Position numbers and translations under genes: made by a program | Notes under the pieces: model-generated | Database searches by the model: none | What the model was told of the DNA's origin: nothing | Seen by the model: the letters and a program-made list of their open reading frames with translations, nothing else | In this document: piece after piece, positions 1 to 8,577 of the stretch | How positions within the stretch are numbered: the stretch's first letter is position 1 | How the letters are laid out: each line of letters opens with the position of its first letter | Assembly: GCA_044506405.1 (NCBI GenBank) | Contig: JBIQKP010000020.1 | Span: 6,528 to 30,527 of the forward strand | Direction of reading: 5' to 3' | DNA length: 24,000 bases | From: Lysobacterales bacterium | Lineage (GTDB): Bacteria; Pseudomonadota; Gammaproteobacteria; Steroidobacterales; Steroidobacteraceae

Positions 1-2396
1 TTCCGTCGAGCCCCATGATGACGAACGTCGGCGCAACAGACAGTCAGGGCGTCGTGCAGCATCGCGTCGATCGAATCGCCGGCGTCGATGGTCGAGGCAT
101 TACCGTCGGTGTGCTCTCGGATAGCTATGACACGAATGCCTCTCCTCAGGGTGCTGCGGACGATGTCGCGAGCGGCGATCTGCCTGGGTCGGGCAATCCG
201 TTCGGCAACACGGAGCCGGTCGTGGTTCTCGAGGATTCTCCGGATGATTCCGACGAGGGCCGAGCGATGCTGCAGATCGTGCATGACATCGCGCCGAAGG
301 CGCGCCTGGGCTTTGCCACGGCGAACGGCGGAGAGGTGAACTTCGCAAACAACATCCGCGCGCTAGCCGGCTTTCCCGATGCGGAAAACGCGGTTCCCGG
401 CTTCAAGGCGGACGTCATCGTCGACGACATCATCTATCTCGCCGAGCCGTTCTTCCAGGACGGGGTTGTCGCACAAGCGGTGGATCAAGTCGCAGCCGCG
501 GGCGTGTCGTACTTTTCGTCTGCGGGGAATCGCCCTGCGACGGAGGCCTACGACTCGAAGGTGCGCATCGTGCCGGGCGATCCGACGTCTTGGGTGGGGA
601 CGAATCTCGATTTCAGCGGCGTCGATCCTGCGCTGTACGCAGGCGGCTTCCATGATTTCAAAGAAGGGAGCGGCGTCGATATCGCGCAGACGATCGATAC
701 GCTCGACGACAGCGTCTTGGTGTTTCAATGGAACGAGCCCTTCGATCCGCAGCCGCCGAGGCCGATCGGCGATCCGCTCGCATCGGGCGTGGACACCGTG
801 CCGCCGGATAGCGAGGCGATCCTGACGTTCGACGGTCGAGCCGGCCAACTCGTCGAGATCTTCGTCGATGCGGACACGACGACGACGGGCGTGCCGAATC
901 CTGATCTCGTACTTGCGCTGTTCGATCCTTCGGGCTCGCTGCTTCAGTTCGTCGACACGGGAACGAACCCGGAATCGTTGATCATCGAGTTGCCGGTCGA
1001 CGGTACGTACTTCGTGCTCGTTGATAGCTTCTTGCCGACGCAGTTCGGCGATTTCCTGTACCGCGTGCAAGAAGTCGAGATCGTCGAGCAGGTCTTATCC
1101 GACTACAACCTGCTGTTCTTCCTCGAAGACGGTTCGTTCCTCGGTGCGGTCGCGGAACAGAACACCTTCACGAACCGCCCGATCGAGCTCGTCGGCCTCC
1201 CGGAAGCGAGGCTACAACTCGTGATCGCGCGCGCCAACGAACCGCCCAGTCGCAATCGCAACGTGGCGGACCGCATTCGCTACGTCGGCTTCAACGGCGT
1301 CTACCCGCAGGAATACTTCAGCTACCTCGGTCCCGTGACCTACGGGCATAACTCGGCCCGCGGTGCGATGAGCGTTGCGGCGTACTCGTTCTATGCGCCG
1401 TTCATACCGGAGGCGTTCACCTCGCCGGGTCCGTCGACGATCTACTTCGACAAGAACAACAAGCGCCTGCGCCATCCGGAGATTCGGCAGAAGCCGGATT
1501 TCGCCGCGATGGACGGTGCCAATACGACGTTCTTCGGCGGCGACTCTTCCGTCGATGACGACACGTTCCCGAACTTCTTCGGCACGAGCGCAGCAGCGCC
1601 GCATGCCGCCGCCATCGCAGCGCTCGTGCTCGATGCAGGCGGAGGTCGGGGGAAAGTGCCGCCGAACAAGATGCGCAAGATCCTGCAGGACAGTGCGTTC
1701 CCGCACGACTTGGATCCGTTCTTCTCGTCCGGATTCGCGTTGTCGGCAGGCAATCTCGTGTCGATCAATGCGTCGGCCGATCCGAATGCGATCAGCCAGT
1801 TCGATCCGACGGTGTTCACGTTGACGCACATCGGCTTGCGCCGTCTGCAAAGCTTCTCGATCAACGGAACGGGAGCGAATCCGACGCAAACGCCGAGCGG
1901 GATCGTGTTCGATGAGCGTGCGACACCGGCCGATGCGCCGCCGGGCCAACCTTTCGTCATCGGACGTACGCAGGGTTTGAGTCCTTCGGATATCACCGCA
2001 TCCTTCTCGGTGCCGGCCAATCCGCCGGGCGTCGCTGGGCAATGGAAGCAGCTCGATCTCACGTTCCGTGCAGGCAGTTTCCGAAGCGGCGACTTACTGT
2101 CGTGGGGTGTCGATCGAGACGAAGCGGATGTCGCGGGGCCGAGCGGCGCTGCGGGCGGCAATTCTGCAGACTTGCTCGGCGGCGGCGTGCTCATTCCTTC
2201 CGGTCGCATCGTACCGGGCGGTGCGCGCTTCTTCGGCACGTTCGAAGGACGAGCGCCATTCAAGGGTGAGTTCTTCAACCTGATCGGCCGAGGTTACAGC
2301 CCAGTCGATGGCTATGGCTTCATCAATGCGGAGGCCGCAGTGAAGTCGGTCATGAAGAAGGACAAAGGGAAAGATAAAGGGGGCAAAGGACACTAG
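1..2396 (+). CDS. S8 family (subtilisin-like) serine peptidase, 5'-partial (reading frame is open to the window edge, phase starts at nt 3)
   Basis: Catalytic motifs occur in D-H-N-S order: GVLSDSYD (Asp), GRAMLQIVHDIAP (His), FSSAGN (oxyanion Asn), GTSAAAPHAAAIAAL (Ser, codon 1587-1589). There is no signal peptide after the first in-window Met, and the frame stays open upstream (PSSP precedes MMTN), so the true start probably lies beyond the window. A strong terminator lies just downstream. Confidence 0.85.
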   Translation, partial: PSSPMMTNVGATDSQGVVQHRVDRIAGVDGRGITVGVLSDSYDTNASPQGAADDVASGDLPGSGNPFGNTEPVVVLEDSPDDSDEGRAMLQIVHDIAPKARLGFATANGGEVNFANNIRALAGFPDAENAVPGFKADVIVDDIIYLAEPFFQDGVVAQAVDQVAAAGVSYFSSAGNRPATEAYDSKVRIVPGDPTSWVGTNLDFSGVDPALYAGGFHDFKEGSGVDIAQTIDTLDDSVLVFQWNEPFDPQPPRPIGDPLASGVDTVPPDSEAILTFDGRAGQLVEIFVDADTTTTGVPNPDLVLALFDPSGSLLQFVDTGTNPESLIIELPVDGTYFVLVDSFLPTQFGDFLYRVQEVEIVEQVLSDYNLLFFLEDGSFLGAVAEQNTFTNRPIELVGLPEARLQLVIARANEPPSRNRNVADRIRYVGFNGVYPQEYFSYLGPVTYGHNSARGAMSVAAYSFYAPFIPEAFTSPGPSTIYFDKNNKRLRHPEIRQKPDFAAMDGANTTFFGGDSSVDDDTFPNFFGTSAAAPHAAAIAALVLDAGGGRGKVPPNKMRKILQDSAFPHDLDPFFSSGFALSAGNLVSINASADPNAISQFDPTVFTLTHIGLRRLQSFSINGTGANPTQTPSGIVFDERATPADAPPGQPFVIGRTQGLSPSDITASFSVPANPPGVAGQWKQLDLTFRAGSFRSGDLLSWGVDRDEADVAGPSGAAGGNSADLLGGGVLIPSGRIVPGGARFFGTFEGRAPFKGEFFNLIGRGYSPVDGYGFINAEAAVKSVMKKDKGKDKGGKGH

Positions 2397-2418
2397 CCCT
2401 TCATCCTTCGCTTCTCAC

Positions 2419-2450
2419 GGGCCCGCATCGAACCGATGCGGGCCTTTTTT
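2419..2450 (+). terminator. Rho-independent terminator of the S8 peptidase gene
   Basis: An 11-bp perfect GC-rich stem, GGCCCGCATCG (2420-2430) / CGATGCGGGCC (2434-2444), has an AAC loop and is followed by TTTTTTCTTT. It starts 23 nt after the stop codon. Confidence 0.8.
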
Positions 2451-2523
2451 CTTTCGGGGCGGACAGACCCTTCGTTTCGTGCAGACGTTTACAGTGTTGG
2501 ATGTAGGACGTAAGGAGGGATCG

Positions 2524-3030
2524 ATGACTCAGCGTATTGCCTGGGCGATTCTGTTCGTGCTCGCAGGCTCGCCGGTGTCGTTCGCGGACGAGCGTGCGGA
2601 TGCTCGGGCGATAGAAGCAGCAGCTCACGCGTGGATCGGCGCATTGAACGCGCGCGACACCGATGAGATGGTCCATCTCGGGACGGACGATATCGTACTG
2701 ATGGATGCGACTCTGCCACCGACCGTGGGCAAAGAGGCGGCGCGCGCTGCGTGGCACCGATCGCTGCCGGATTCCGGTACGCGGGTCGCGAGCACGACAA
2801 AGGAGTTGGAAGTCGATGCAGACATCGCGTGGCGGATCGGCGCGCTCGTTCACGAACGAACGAGCGGGCAGGTGATCAGCCGCGGTCAATCGCTCGAAAT
2901 CTGGAAACGGGTCGAGGGCGAGTGGAAGCTCCACCGTCAGATGTCCTCGGGCCTCCTCGCACGCCAACCGCGCTTACGCCGCCCGCTGCCGACGGAACCT
3001 ATGCTCGATGCGCCCCAGGAAAAGAACTGA
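2524..3030 (+). CDS. Secreted NTF2-fold protein (SnoaL-like / DUF4440-like)
   Basis: The ATG at 2524 follows AAGGAGGGA (2512-2520). The N-terminus MTQRIAWAILFVLAGSPVSFA is signal-peptide-like. The body (AIEAAAHAWIGALNARDTDEM...IWKRVEGEWKLHRQM) resembles the SnoaL/DUF4440 pattern from memory. The track ORF starts at 2479, but that start lacks an RBS. Confidence 0.7.
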   Translation: MTQRIAWAILFVLAGSPVSFADERADARAIEAAAHAWIGALNARDTDEMVHLGTDDIVLMDATLPPTVGKEAARAAWHRSLPDSGTRVASTTKELEVDADIAWRIGALVHERTSGQVISRGQSLEIWKRVEGEWKLHRQMSSGLLARQPRLRRPLPTEPMLDAPQEKN

Positions 3031-3054
3031 TACTGCGCAGCGAAAACTTGTGCC

Positions 3055-3185
3055 GAGAAGAAGGATCTCGCAGAGACCGCGGAGACGCAGTGACGCGGTG
3101 AGAATGGAATGATGTAGAACAAGAGAGTAATGCATTCTCTCGTCTGAACTCTGCGCCCCTGCGTCTCTGCGAGCTGCTCTTCCTC
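3055..3185. repeat. Palindromic intergenic element, copy A (octamer-arm family)
   Basis: The left arm is GAGAAGAAGGATCTCGCAGAGACCGCGGAGACGCAG. The right arm is CTCTGCGC-CCCTGCGT-CTCTGCGA-GCTGCTCTTCCTC (octamers 3149-3172), its imperfect reverse complement. Inner stems are GACG/CGTC and GAGAATG (3100-3106) / CATTCTC (3133-3139). It lies between convergent genes. Confidence 0.75.
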
Positions 3186-3204
3186 TGGATGGACTTGCTG
3201 CGGA

Positions 3205-3645
3205 TTACGCGTGGATCCAACCCTTTCGTTTCGCGCGGTCGGCGAACCAGAGCAACAGCGCGCCGATCGCGAGGATGAAGAGCGGGAACGGTAGCGCTGC
3301 GCCTGCACCGAGGATGCGGATCGCGTCCATGCCGATGAACGTGTAGCCGAACTGCACGATCACCGCGACGAGCGACACGGCGAGGGCCGGTACCGCCCAA
3401 GCTCTGCGCATCAGCAGCCCAATGGCGCCGATCAGCCCGCTGAAGATCGCGATTCCATAGACGACGAAGACCCATTGCGGTCGGCTCGCATAGAGCTGAC
3501 GCTGAGCTTCGGTCATCTGCGCCAGCGCGGATTCATCCATCAAGAAATCCATGAACCAGGCAAGGACGCCGAACAGCATCCAAATGAGCGCGAGCGCCGA
3601 GACGATCCAGTACCAGGTCGGCAGTTTCGAAGTCGAGGTTTCCAC
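3205..3645 (-). CDS. Integral membrane protein, about 4 TM helices, function unknown
   Basis: GTG start at 3645 is preceded by AAGGAG at 6-nt spacing. There are four long hydrophobic segments (WYWIVSALALIWMLFGVLAWF, WVFVVYGIAIFSGLIGAIGLL, VPALAVSLVAVIVQFGYTF, ALPFPLFILAIGALLLWF). Confidence 0.7.
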   Translation of the reverse strand: METSTSKLPTWYWIVSALALIWMLFGVLAWFMDFLMDESALAQMTEAQRQLYASRPQWVFVVYGIAIFSGLIGAIGLLMRRAWAVPALAVSLVAVIVQFGYTFIGMDAIRILGAGAALPFPLFILAIGALLLWFADRAKRKGWIHA

Positions 3646-3760
3646 GGGCTTCTCCTTTTATCGTTATTGATCGGTCATGCGAGTTGACGTTGACCTCATC
3701 GAGGACGATCGATAGGTCGCGATCCCGACATGAACAGTAAAGAAGTTTGGACGCCGCAGG

Positions 3761-4126
3761 TCAGTAGCCTGCTCGAGTGCAGCACGCCGCGACATCGTCG
3801 TCGGTGACGCTCTTGCGCGCACAGCGAACGCCCGCGCGATCAGCTTGCCAATCCGACCATTCCGCATCGCCCGGACCCACCAAGTCGCGCAGCTCTTTGC
3901 CGAGGCCGGCGAGATACGCTTCGGAGAGGCTGCAGTAGCGCGCAATGAGTCCGCCGGCCAGACAATGCCTATGCTTATCGGGCAGGGTTTCCGGCACCTT
4001 CTCGCGGACAACGGCTTGCATGCAGCCGTACGAAGACTGGGCGGGCCGCTCACCCGACAGACTTGCGCAGCCGGCTAGAGCAACAAGCGCATAGCCTAAG
4101 AAGACGGGCCTTCGAGGCATCTGCAT
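3761..4126 (-). CDS. Cys-rich lipoprotein, function unknown
   Basis: The N-terminus MQMPRRPVFLGYALVALAGC has a lipobox (LAGC). GGAGG lies upstream of the ATG at 4126. Six further Cys residues are present. It is preferred over the overlapping off-frame ORF 3664..4053, which is Arg/Ala-rich with no motif. Confidence 0.6.
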   Translation of the reverse strand: MQMPRRPVFLGYALVALAGCASLSGERPAQSSYGCMQAVVREKVPETLPDKHRHCLAGGLIARYCSLSEAYLAGLGKELRDLVGPGDAEWSDWQADRAGVRCARKSVTDDDVAACCTRAGY

Positions 4127-4192
4127 TCTTCTCGTCCTCCGGGCGCTCGCGGCAGCGCGGCGAAGAGCATCAAACGTTGCGACAGTGACGCT

Positions 4193-5335
4193 TCATCGGC
4201 TGCGGCGCAGAACATCTCGACTCACGTTTCGCACATCGTTCGTGCCTGTCAGGGCGAGCGAAACTTGCAGCTCTTTGCTCAGGATATCCAACGCCGTCGT
4301 GACGCCGCGTTCGCCCATCGCGGCGAGCGCGTAGAGGAACGCTTTGCCGATCAAGCAACCGCGCGCGCCGAGTGCCAGGGCCTTCAGCACATCTTGCCCG
4401 CATTGAACGCCGCCATCGAACAGCACTTCGCACCGGTCGCTGACTGCATCCACGATCTCGGGCAGTACAGATACCGTGGACGGCGCGCCATCGAGCTGGC
4501 GACCACCGTGATTCGAAACGACGAGCGCGTCCGCGGCGTTCTCGCACGCGAGCCGTGCGTCCTCGGCGTCGAGGATGCCCTTCAGGATCAACTTACCCGG
4601 CCAGCGGCTGCGGACCCATTCGATGTCCTTCCAGGTCACGGTCGGATCGAATTGCGATCCAATCCACTGCGACAACGTCGTGAGTCCGCCCGTGTCTTTC
4701 ATGCGATCGGCAAGATTGCCGAACGTCCGGCGTTTACCCATCAGCACCTTCATCGCCCACGCCGGCCGCATCGCGACGTCGATCAGGTTACGAATCGTGA
4801 GGCGAGGGGGAATGCTCAAGCCGTTCTTCGGGTCGCGCCTGCGCAAACCTTGAATCGGCATATCGATCGTCAGCATCAGTGCAGAGCACTGGGCCGCCTT
4901 GGCGCGCTCGATCAGTTCTGCATTGAAACCGCGATCGCGCATCAAGTAGAGCTGAAACCAGAAGGGATTCGAGACGGCGCTGCGGACATCTTCGATGGAG
5001 CAGATCGACATCGTGCTCAAGCAGAACGGCACCCCGTACGCTTCCGCCGCACGCGCCCCGAGCATCTCGCCGTCGGCATGAAAGAGTCCCGTGAGCCCAG
5101 TGGGCGCGATGCCGACCGGAATCTTCCAGGTCTCGCCGAGGATCGTCGTCGCAAGCGATTGCGTTGATACGTCCACCATGACGCGCTGTCGAAACTCGAG
5201 CGCGGCCAGATCAGCGCGATTGCGACTGAATGTCACTTCATCGTAAGACCCGCGATCGGCGTATTCGAAGATCGCACGCGGGATACGGCGCCGCGCGAGC
5301 TCGCGCAGATCGGAGATGGAGTTGACGACGGGCAT
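4193..5335 (-). CDS. FMN-dependent alpha-hydroxy-acid dehydrogenase/oxidase (L-lactate dehydrogenase-like)
   Basis: It has full-length resemblance to the LldD / glycolate oxidase / mandelate dehydrogenase family. Examples are IFEYADRGSYDEVT, the active-site region VVSNHGGRQLDG, and the FMN-phosphate-binding tail DGGVQCGQDVLKALALGA. Substrate cannot be assigned from sequence alone. Confidence 0.9.
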   Translation of the reverse strand: MPVVNSISDLRELARRRIPRAIFEYADRGSYDEVTFSRNRADLAALEFRQRVMVDVSTQSLATTILGETWKIPVGIAPTGLTGLFHADGEMLGARAAEAYGVPFCLSTMSICSIEDVRSAVSNPFWFQLYLMRDRGFNAELIERAKAAQCSALMLTIDMPIQGLRRRDPKNGLSIPPRLTIRNLIDVAMRPAWAMKVLMGKRRTFGNLADRMKDTGGLTTLSQWIGSQFDPTVTWKDIEWVRSRWPGKLILKGILDAEDARLACENAADALVVSNHGGRQLDGAPSTVSVLPEIVDAVSDRCEVLFDGGVQCGQDVLKALALGARGCLIGKAFLYALAAMGERGVTTALDILSKELQVSLALTGTNDVRNVSRDVLRRSR

Positions 5336-5504
5336 TTACGGCCTGGGCTCGCGCCTGGAGCGTGAATCGCTATGTATCATTCGAAGTGATCATATACAAT
5401 CAATGCCGCGCAGAAACGCTCATAAGTATGATTAATCCATACGGATGCGAGCGATCGAAGTGGCGCGCTTTTCGTCCTTCAGTCTTTGAAGTGGGGACCG
5501 CGCC
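5336..5504. promoter_or_regulatory. Divergent promoter/operator region between the dehydrogenase and the DeoR regulator
   Basis: A locally AT-rich block (about 5371-5440) sits in an otherwise GC-rich window. It contains TATCAT / GATCAT direct repeats (5375-5380, 5388-5393), an inverted ATGAT (5428-5432) and a central TTCGAA. No exact -35/-10 pair could be fixed by eye. Confidence 0.3.
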
Positions 5505-6332
5505 ATGCTTGAACGAGAACGACACCACTTGATTCTGAAGCTCGTGGAGGAGCGCTCCATCGTTGGAGTCGCTGAGCTTCTTCGTCTTCTCGGTGCGTCC
5601 GAAGCCACGATCCGACGTGATATCAACACGCTCGCGGAGCGCGGCGAGATCAAGAGAATTCGTGGGGGCGCCGAGGCCATTCACCCACGTCATCAACCGC
5701 ATTTCACCGGCATGCCGTTCGCTCTGGGCCAGGATATGAGCGTGCCGCAAAAGCGTGCAATCGCGCGCGCGGCGTGCGAGCTCATCGAGCCCGGCGAAAG
5801 CATCATCATCAATGGGGGCACGACGACCTTCGGGCTCGCCGAGTTTCTCGTCGATAGCGAGCTCGATATTCTGACGAACTCCTTTCCGATCGCTGCGAAA
5901 CTCCTCGCGACGAGCCGCAACCGCATCACGCTGCCCGGCGGTACGATTTATCGCGAACAGAGCATCGTGCTGAGTCCCTTCGAGAACGATGCGGTTGAAA
6001 GCTTTTGGGGCAGCAAGTTGTTTACGAGCTGCTATGGGCTCAATCGCTGCGGCATCATGGAAGCCGATCCTTTGATCGTTCAGGCGCAAACACGTCTGCT
6101 GAAGCGGACCCAGCATGTGGTCGTTATGGCGGATAGCTCGAAGCTGCGCCGCCACTCGGCGATGGTCGTTGCGGGCTTGGAGCGGATCTCGACGATTGTC
6201 ACCGACGATGGCGTGCAGCAAGAGGAGCTCGAACCCTTCGTCGCCGCCGGCATTCGTGTGATCGTTGCGAACGTGAGCGAACCCGACGAAACCGAGCGCC
6301 TGATCGTGAGGAGAGTGTGCTCGTCAGCGTGA
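5505..6332 (+). CDS. DeoR/GlpR family transcriptional regulator
   Basis: The N-terminal wHTH is typical of DeoR (RHHLILKLVEERSIVGVAELLRLLGASEATIRRDINTLAERGEIKRIRGGA). The C-terminal sugar-phosphate-sensor-like domain includes IIINGGTTTF...VVMADSSKL. Confidence 0.9.
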   Translation: MLERERHHLILKLVEERSIVGVAELLRLLGASEATIRRDINTLAERGEIKRIRGGAEAIHPRHQPHFTGMPFALGQDMSVPQKRAIARAACELIEPGESIIINGGTTTFGLAEFLVDSELDILTNSFPIAAKLLATSRNRITLPGGTIYREQSIVLSPFENDAVESFWGSKLFTSCYGLNRCGIMEADPLIVQAQTRLLKRTQHVVVMADSSKLRRHSAMVVAGLERISTIVTDDGVQQEELEPFVAAGIRVIVANVSEPDETERLIVRRVCSSA

Positions 6333-6361
6333 ACGCACGTCTCACGGAGGGGCCGAGCGAA

Positions 6362-6745
6362 TCAGGGCCGCTGTCTTCCTCTGACTCGATCCCACGCTGT
6401 GCGCGCGGTAAGTTCTGCTCGATCGAGGAACCGTGCGAAGAACTTGAGTCGCGCGACGAGCAATCCGACTGCGGGGATGGTGAAAATGATGCCGGGGAGG
6501 CCAGGGACGAACCCTAGAAGCGTGCCGATGATGAGCAGCAGGATGGCCCCGGCGATGTAAGCTGCCGTTTTCCACTTCGTTTCGCGCTTGCTCTCCGAGG
6601 CGCGATGGCGTCGGTAATGATCGATGAAACGCCGTCCAGGTTCTCCGTTTCGCAGTAACCGGAAGTCTTCTTTGAGGTGGTTGAACACGCGCGATCCGAG
6701 CTGGCTGGCCGCATCAATTTCGCACGGCGGCTCGTGTCTTGTCAC
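6362..6745 (-). CDS. Small membrane protein, PGPGW-like
   Basis: Two adjacent TM segments flank a PGLPG motif (AAYIAGAILLLIIGTLLGFVPGLPGIIFTIPAVGLLVA), reminiscent of the PGPGW transmembrane family. The GTG start has no obvious RBS, so the start is uncertain. Confidence 0.5.
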   Translation of the reverse strand: MTRHEPPCEIDAASQLGSRVFNHLKEDFRLLRNGEPGRRFIDHYRRHRASESKRETKWKTAAYIAGAILLLIIGTLLGFVPGLPGIIFTIPAVGLLVARLKFFARFLDRAELTARTAWDRVRGRQRP

Positions 6746-6800
6746 GCGCCGATGCGATCGGTCGATACTTCGATGAGCTCATGATAGAGGAGAAAAGTGC

Positions 6801-7160
6801 ATGGCTTTCTATGTGGACGGTTTCGTACTTCCAGTGCCGAAGAAGAACCTTGCGGCCTACCGCAAACTGGCGCGCAAAGCCGGGAAAATCTGGCGCGAGC
6901 ACGGTGCGCTCGAGTATCGAGAGTGCGTGGCCGATGACGTGCAGCCTGGGAAGATCACGTCGTTTCCGCAAAGCGTAAAGCTGAAGCCGAACGAAGTCGT
7001 GTGGTTCTCGTGGATCGTTTACAAATCGCGCAAGCATCGCGACGCGGTCAACAAGAAGGTCATGGCGGATCCGCGGCTTGCGAGCATGGGCCCTGAATCG
7101 GCGCCCTTCGATTCGAAGCGCATGATCTATGGTGGGTTCAAGAGCGCGGTCGACCTGTAG
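6801..7160 (+). CDS. DUF1428 family protein
   Basis: AGGAG RBS lies upstream of the ATG. The N-terminus MAFYVDGFVLPVPKKNLAAYRKLARKAGKIWREHGALEY and the C-terminus FDSKRMIYGGF match my recollection of the DUF1428 family. Confidence 0.75.
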   Translation: MAFYVDGFVLPVPKKNLAAYRKLARKAGKIWREHGALEYRECVADDVQPGKITSFPQSVKLKPNEVVWFSWIVYKSRKHRDAVNKKVMADPRLASMGPESAPFDSKRMIYGGFKSAVDL

Positions 7161-7228
7161 AAGAACGCTCGTCTTGGAACACCCTAGTTGATCGCGCGTT
7201 GCCTCTGATGATGATTCGGAGGCACCGC

Positions 7229-8365
7229 GTGCACGAGCAGGAAGGCAAGGTCATCGTGGTGACCGGCGCATCGGGCGGCATCGGTCGCGCAACCGCGCAT
7301 GCATTCGCGAAGCCTGGTGTTCGGATAGCGCTGCTCGCACGGGGCACGCGCGGACTCGAAGGTGTGCGACGCGAAGTCGAAGAGGCTGGCGCCGAGGCGC
7401 TCGTGCTGCCGACCGACGTTGCCGATTCCGATCAAGTGGAGCGTGCCGCGAGCGAGATCGAGCGCCGCTGGGGGCGCATCGATGTGTGGGTCAACAACGC
7501 GATGGTGACCGTGTTCGGCCCCGTCGATAAATTGGATGCGCGAGATCTCAAACGCGCGACCGAAGTGACGTATCTAGGGGCAGCTTACGGGACGATGGCT
7601 GCACTCAAACGCATGCGCAAGCAGGATTCCGGTGTGATCGTGCAGGTCGGCTCGGCACTGGCTTATCGTGCGATCCCCCTGCAGGCGGCGTACTGCGCAG
7701 CGAAGCATGCCTTGAGAGGCTTCACCGATGCCGTGCGCTCGGAGCTGATGCACGAACGCAGCGCCATCCATATCACCTCGGTGCATCTCTCGGCGTTCAA
7801 TACGCCGCAGTTCGATTGGGCGAAGAATCTGATGCGAAAGCGCGCGGAGCCCGTGCCACCCATCTTTCAACCGGAGCTCGCCGCTGAAGCCATCGTATGG
7901 GCATCGAAGCATCGGCGGCGTGAGGTTTACGTAGGCTGGCCAGCCGTGAAAGCGGTACTCGCGAACAAGATGGTGCCCGGCGTGCTCGATCGCATCCTTG
8001 CGAAGCAAGGCTATTCGGGTCAGCTCGCCGAAGAGCCGAAGCGAAGCGACCGCGACAATCTCTACGCGCCGTGCGATACGAATCCGGGTTCTCATGGCCG
8101 CTTCGATCGAGAAGCGAAGACGTGGAGCCTGCAGTGGTTCTTGACCTCGAACCCGGGCACGACGCTCGCCCTCGCGGCCGCCGCGGTAGGTGTGCTCGGC
8201 GCGTTCGCTTTTCGCATTCGCCAGCGTCGCGATCATCAAGTTGGCGAGCGCGATGAAGAGCATCTCACGGCCGCCCGACGACGCGCCGCTACGGAAGAGG
8301 ATGTCTATGTCTCATTTGGCGCGCCGCTTCGACTGGGTACGTCGGAACAGAAGCGCCCGCATTGA
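7229..8365 (+). CDS. SDR family oxidoreductase with C-terminal membrane anchor
   Basis: It has the Rossmann motif VVTGASGGIGRATA, NNAM, and the catalytic YCAAK (YxxxK). A C-terminal hydrophobic segment is LALAAAAVGVLGAFAF. The GTG at 7229 has GGAGG (7218-7222) at 6-nt spacing. In-frame alternatives at 7199 and 7208 lack an RBS. Confidence 0.85.
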   Translation: MHEQEGKVIVVTGASGGIGRATAHAFAKPGVRIALLARGTRGLEGVRREVEEAGAEALVLPTDVADSDQVERAASEIERRWGRIDVWVNNAMVTVFGPVDKLDARDLKRATEVTYLGAAYGTMAALKRMRKQDSGVIVQVGSALAYRAIPLQAAYCAAKHALRGFTDAVRSELMHERSAIHITSVHLSAFNTPQFDWAKNLMRKRAEPVPPIFQPELAAEAIVWASKHRRREVYVGWPAVKAVLANKMVPGVLDRILAKQGYSGQLAEEPKRSDRDNLYAPCDTNPGSHGRFDREAKTWSLQWFLTSNPGTTLALAAAAVGVLGAFAFRIRQRRDHQVGERDEEHLTAARRRAATEEDVYVSFGAPLRLGTSEQKRPH

Positions 8366-8380
8366 TCCGTCGCGCGAGCT

Positions 8381-8500
8381 GAAGAATATCTCTCGCAGAG
8401 AGCGGAGACGCAGAGATAAGTAATCAAGAAGAGATTTATCTTCGAAGATCTTATCTTGCTTCCGAACTCTGCGTCTCCGCGTCTGCGAGAGTATTTTCTT
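8381..8500. repeat. Palindromic intergenic element, copy B (best-preserved copy)
   Basis: The left arm is GAAGAATATCTCTCGCAGAGAGCGGAGACGCAGAG. The reverse complement of the right arm is AAGAAAATACTCTCGCAGACGCGGAGACGCAGAG. Octamers are CTCTGCGT (8467-8474) and CTCCGCGT (8475-8482). A perfect 12-nt palindrome ATCTTCGAAGAT sits at the apex (8438-8449). Confidence 0.85.
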
Positions 8501-8577
8501 TACTGCACGCCGGATTCTGGCGGTTGTGCGTGGGAACAATCGGACGCTCCCGTCTGTAGGGCAGGGGGAGCTTCTAC

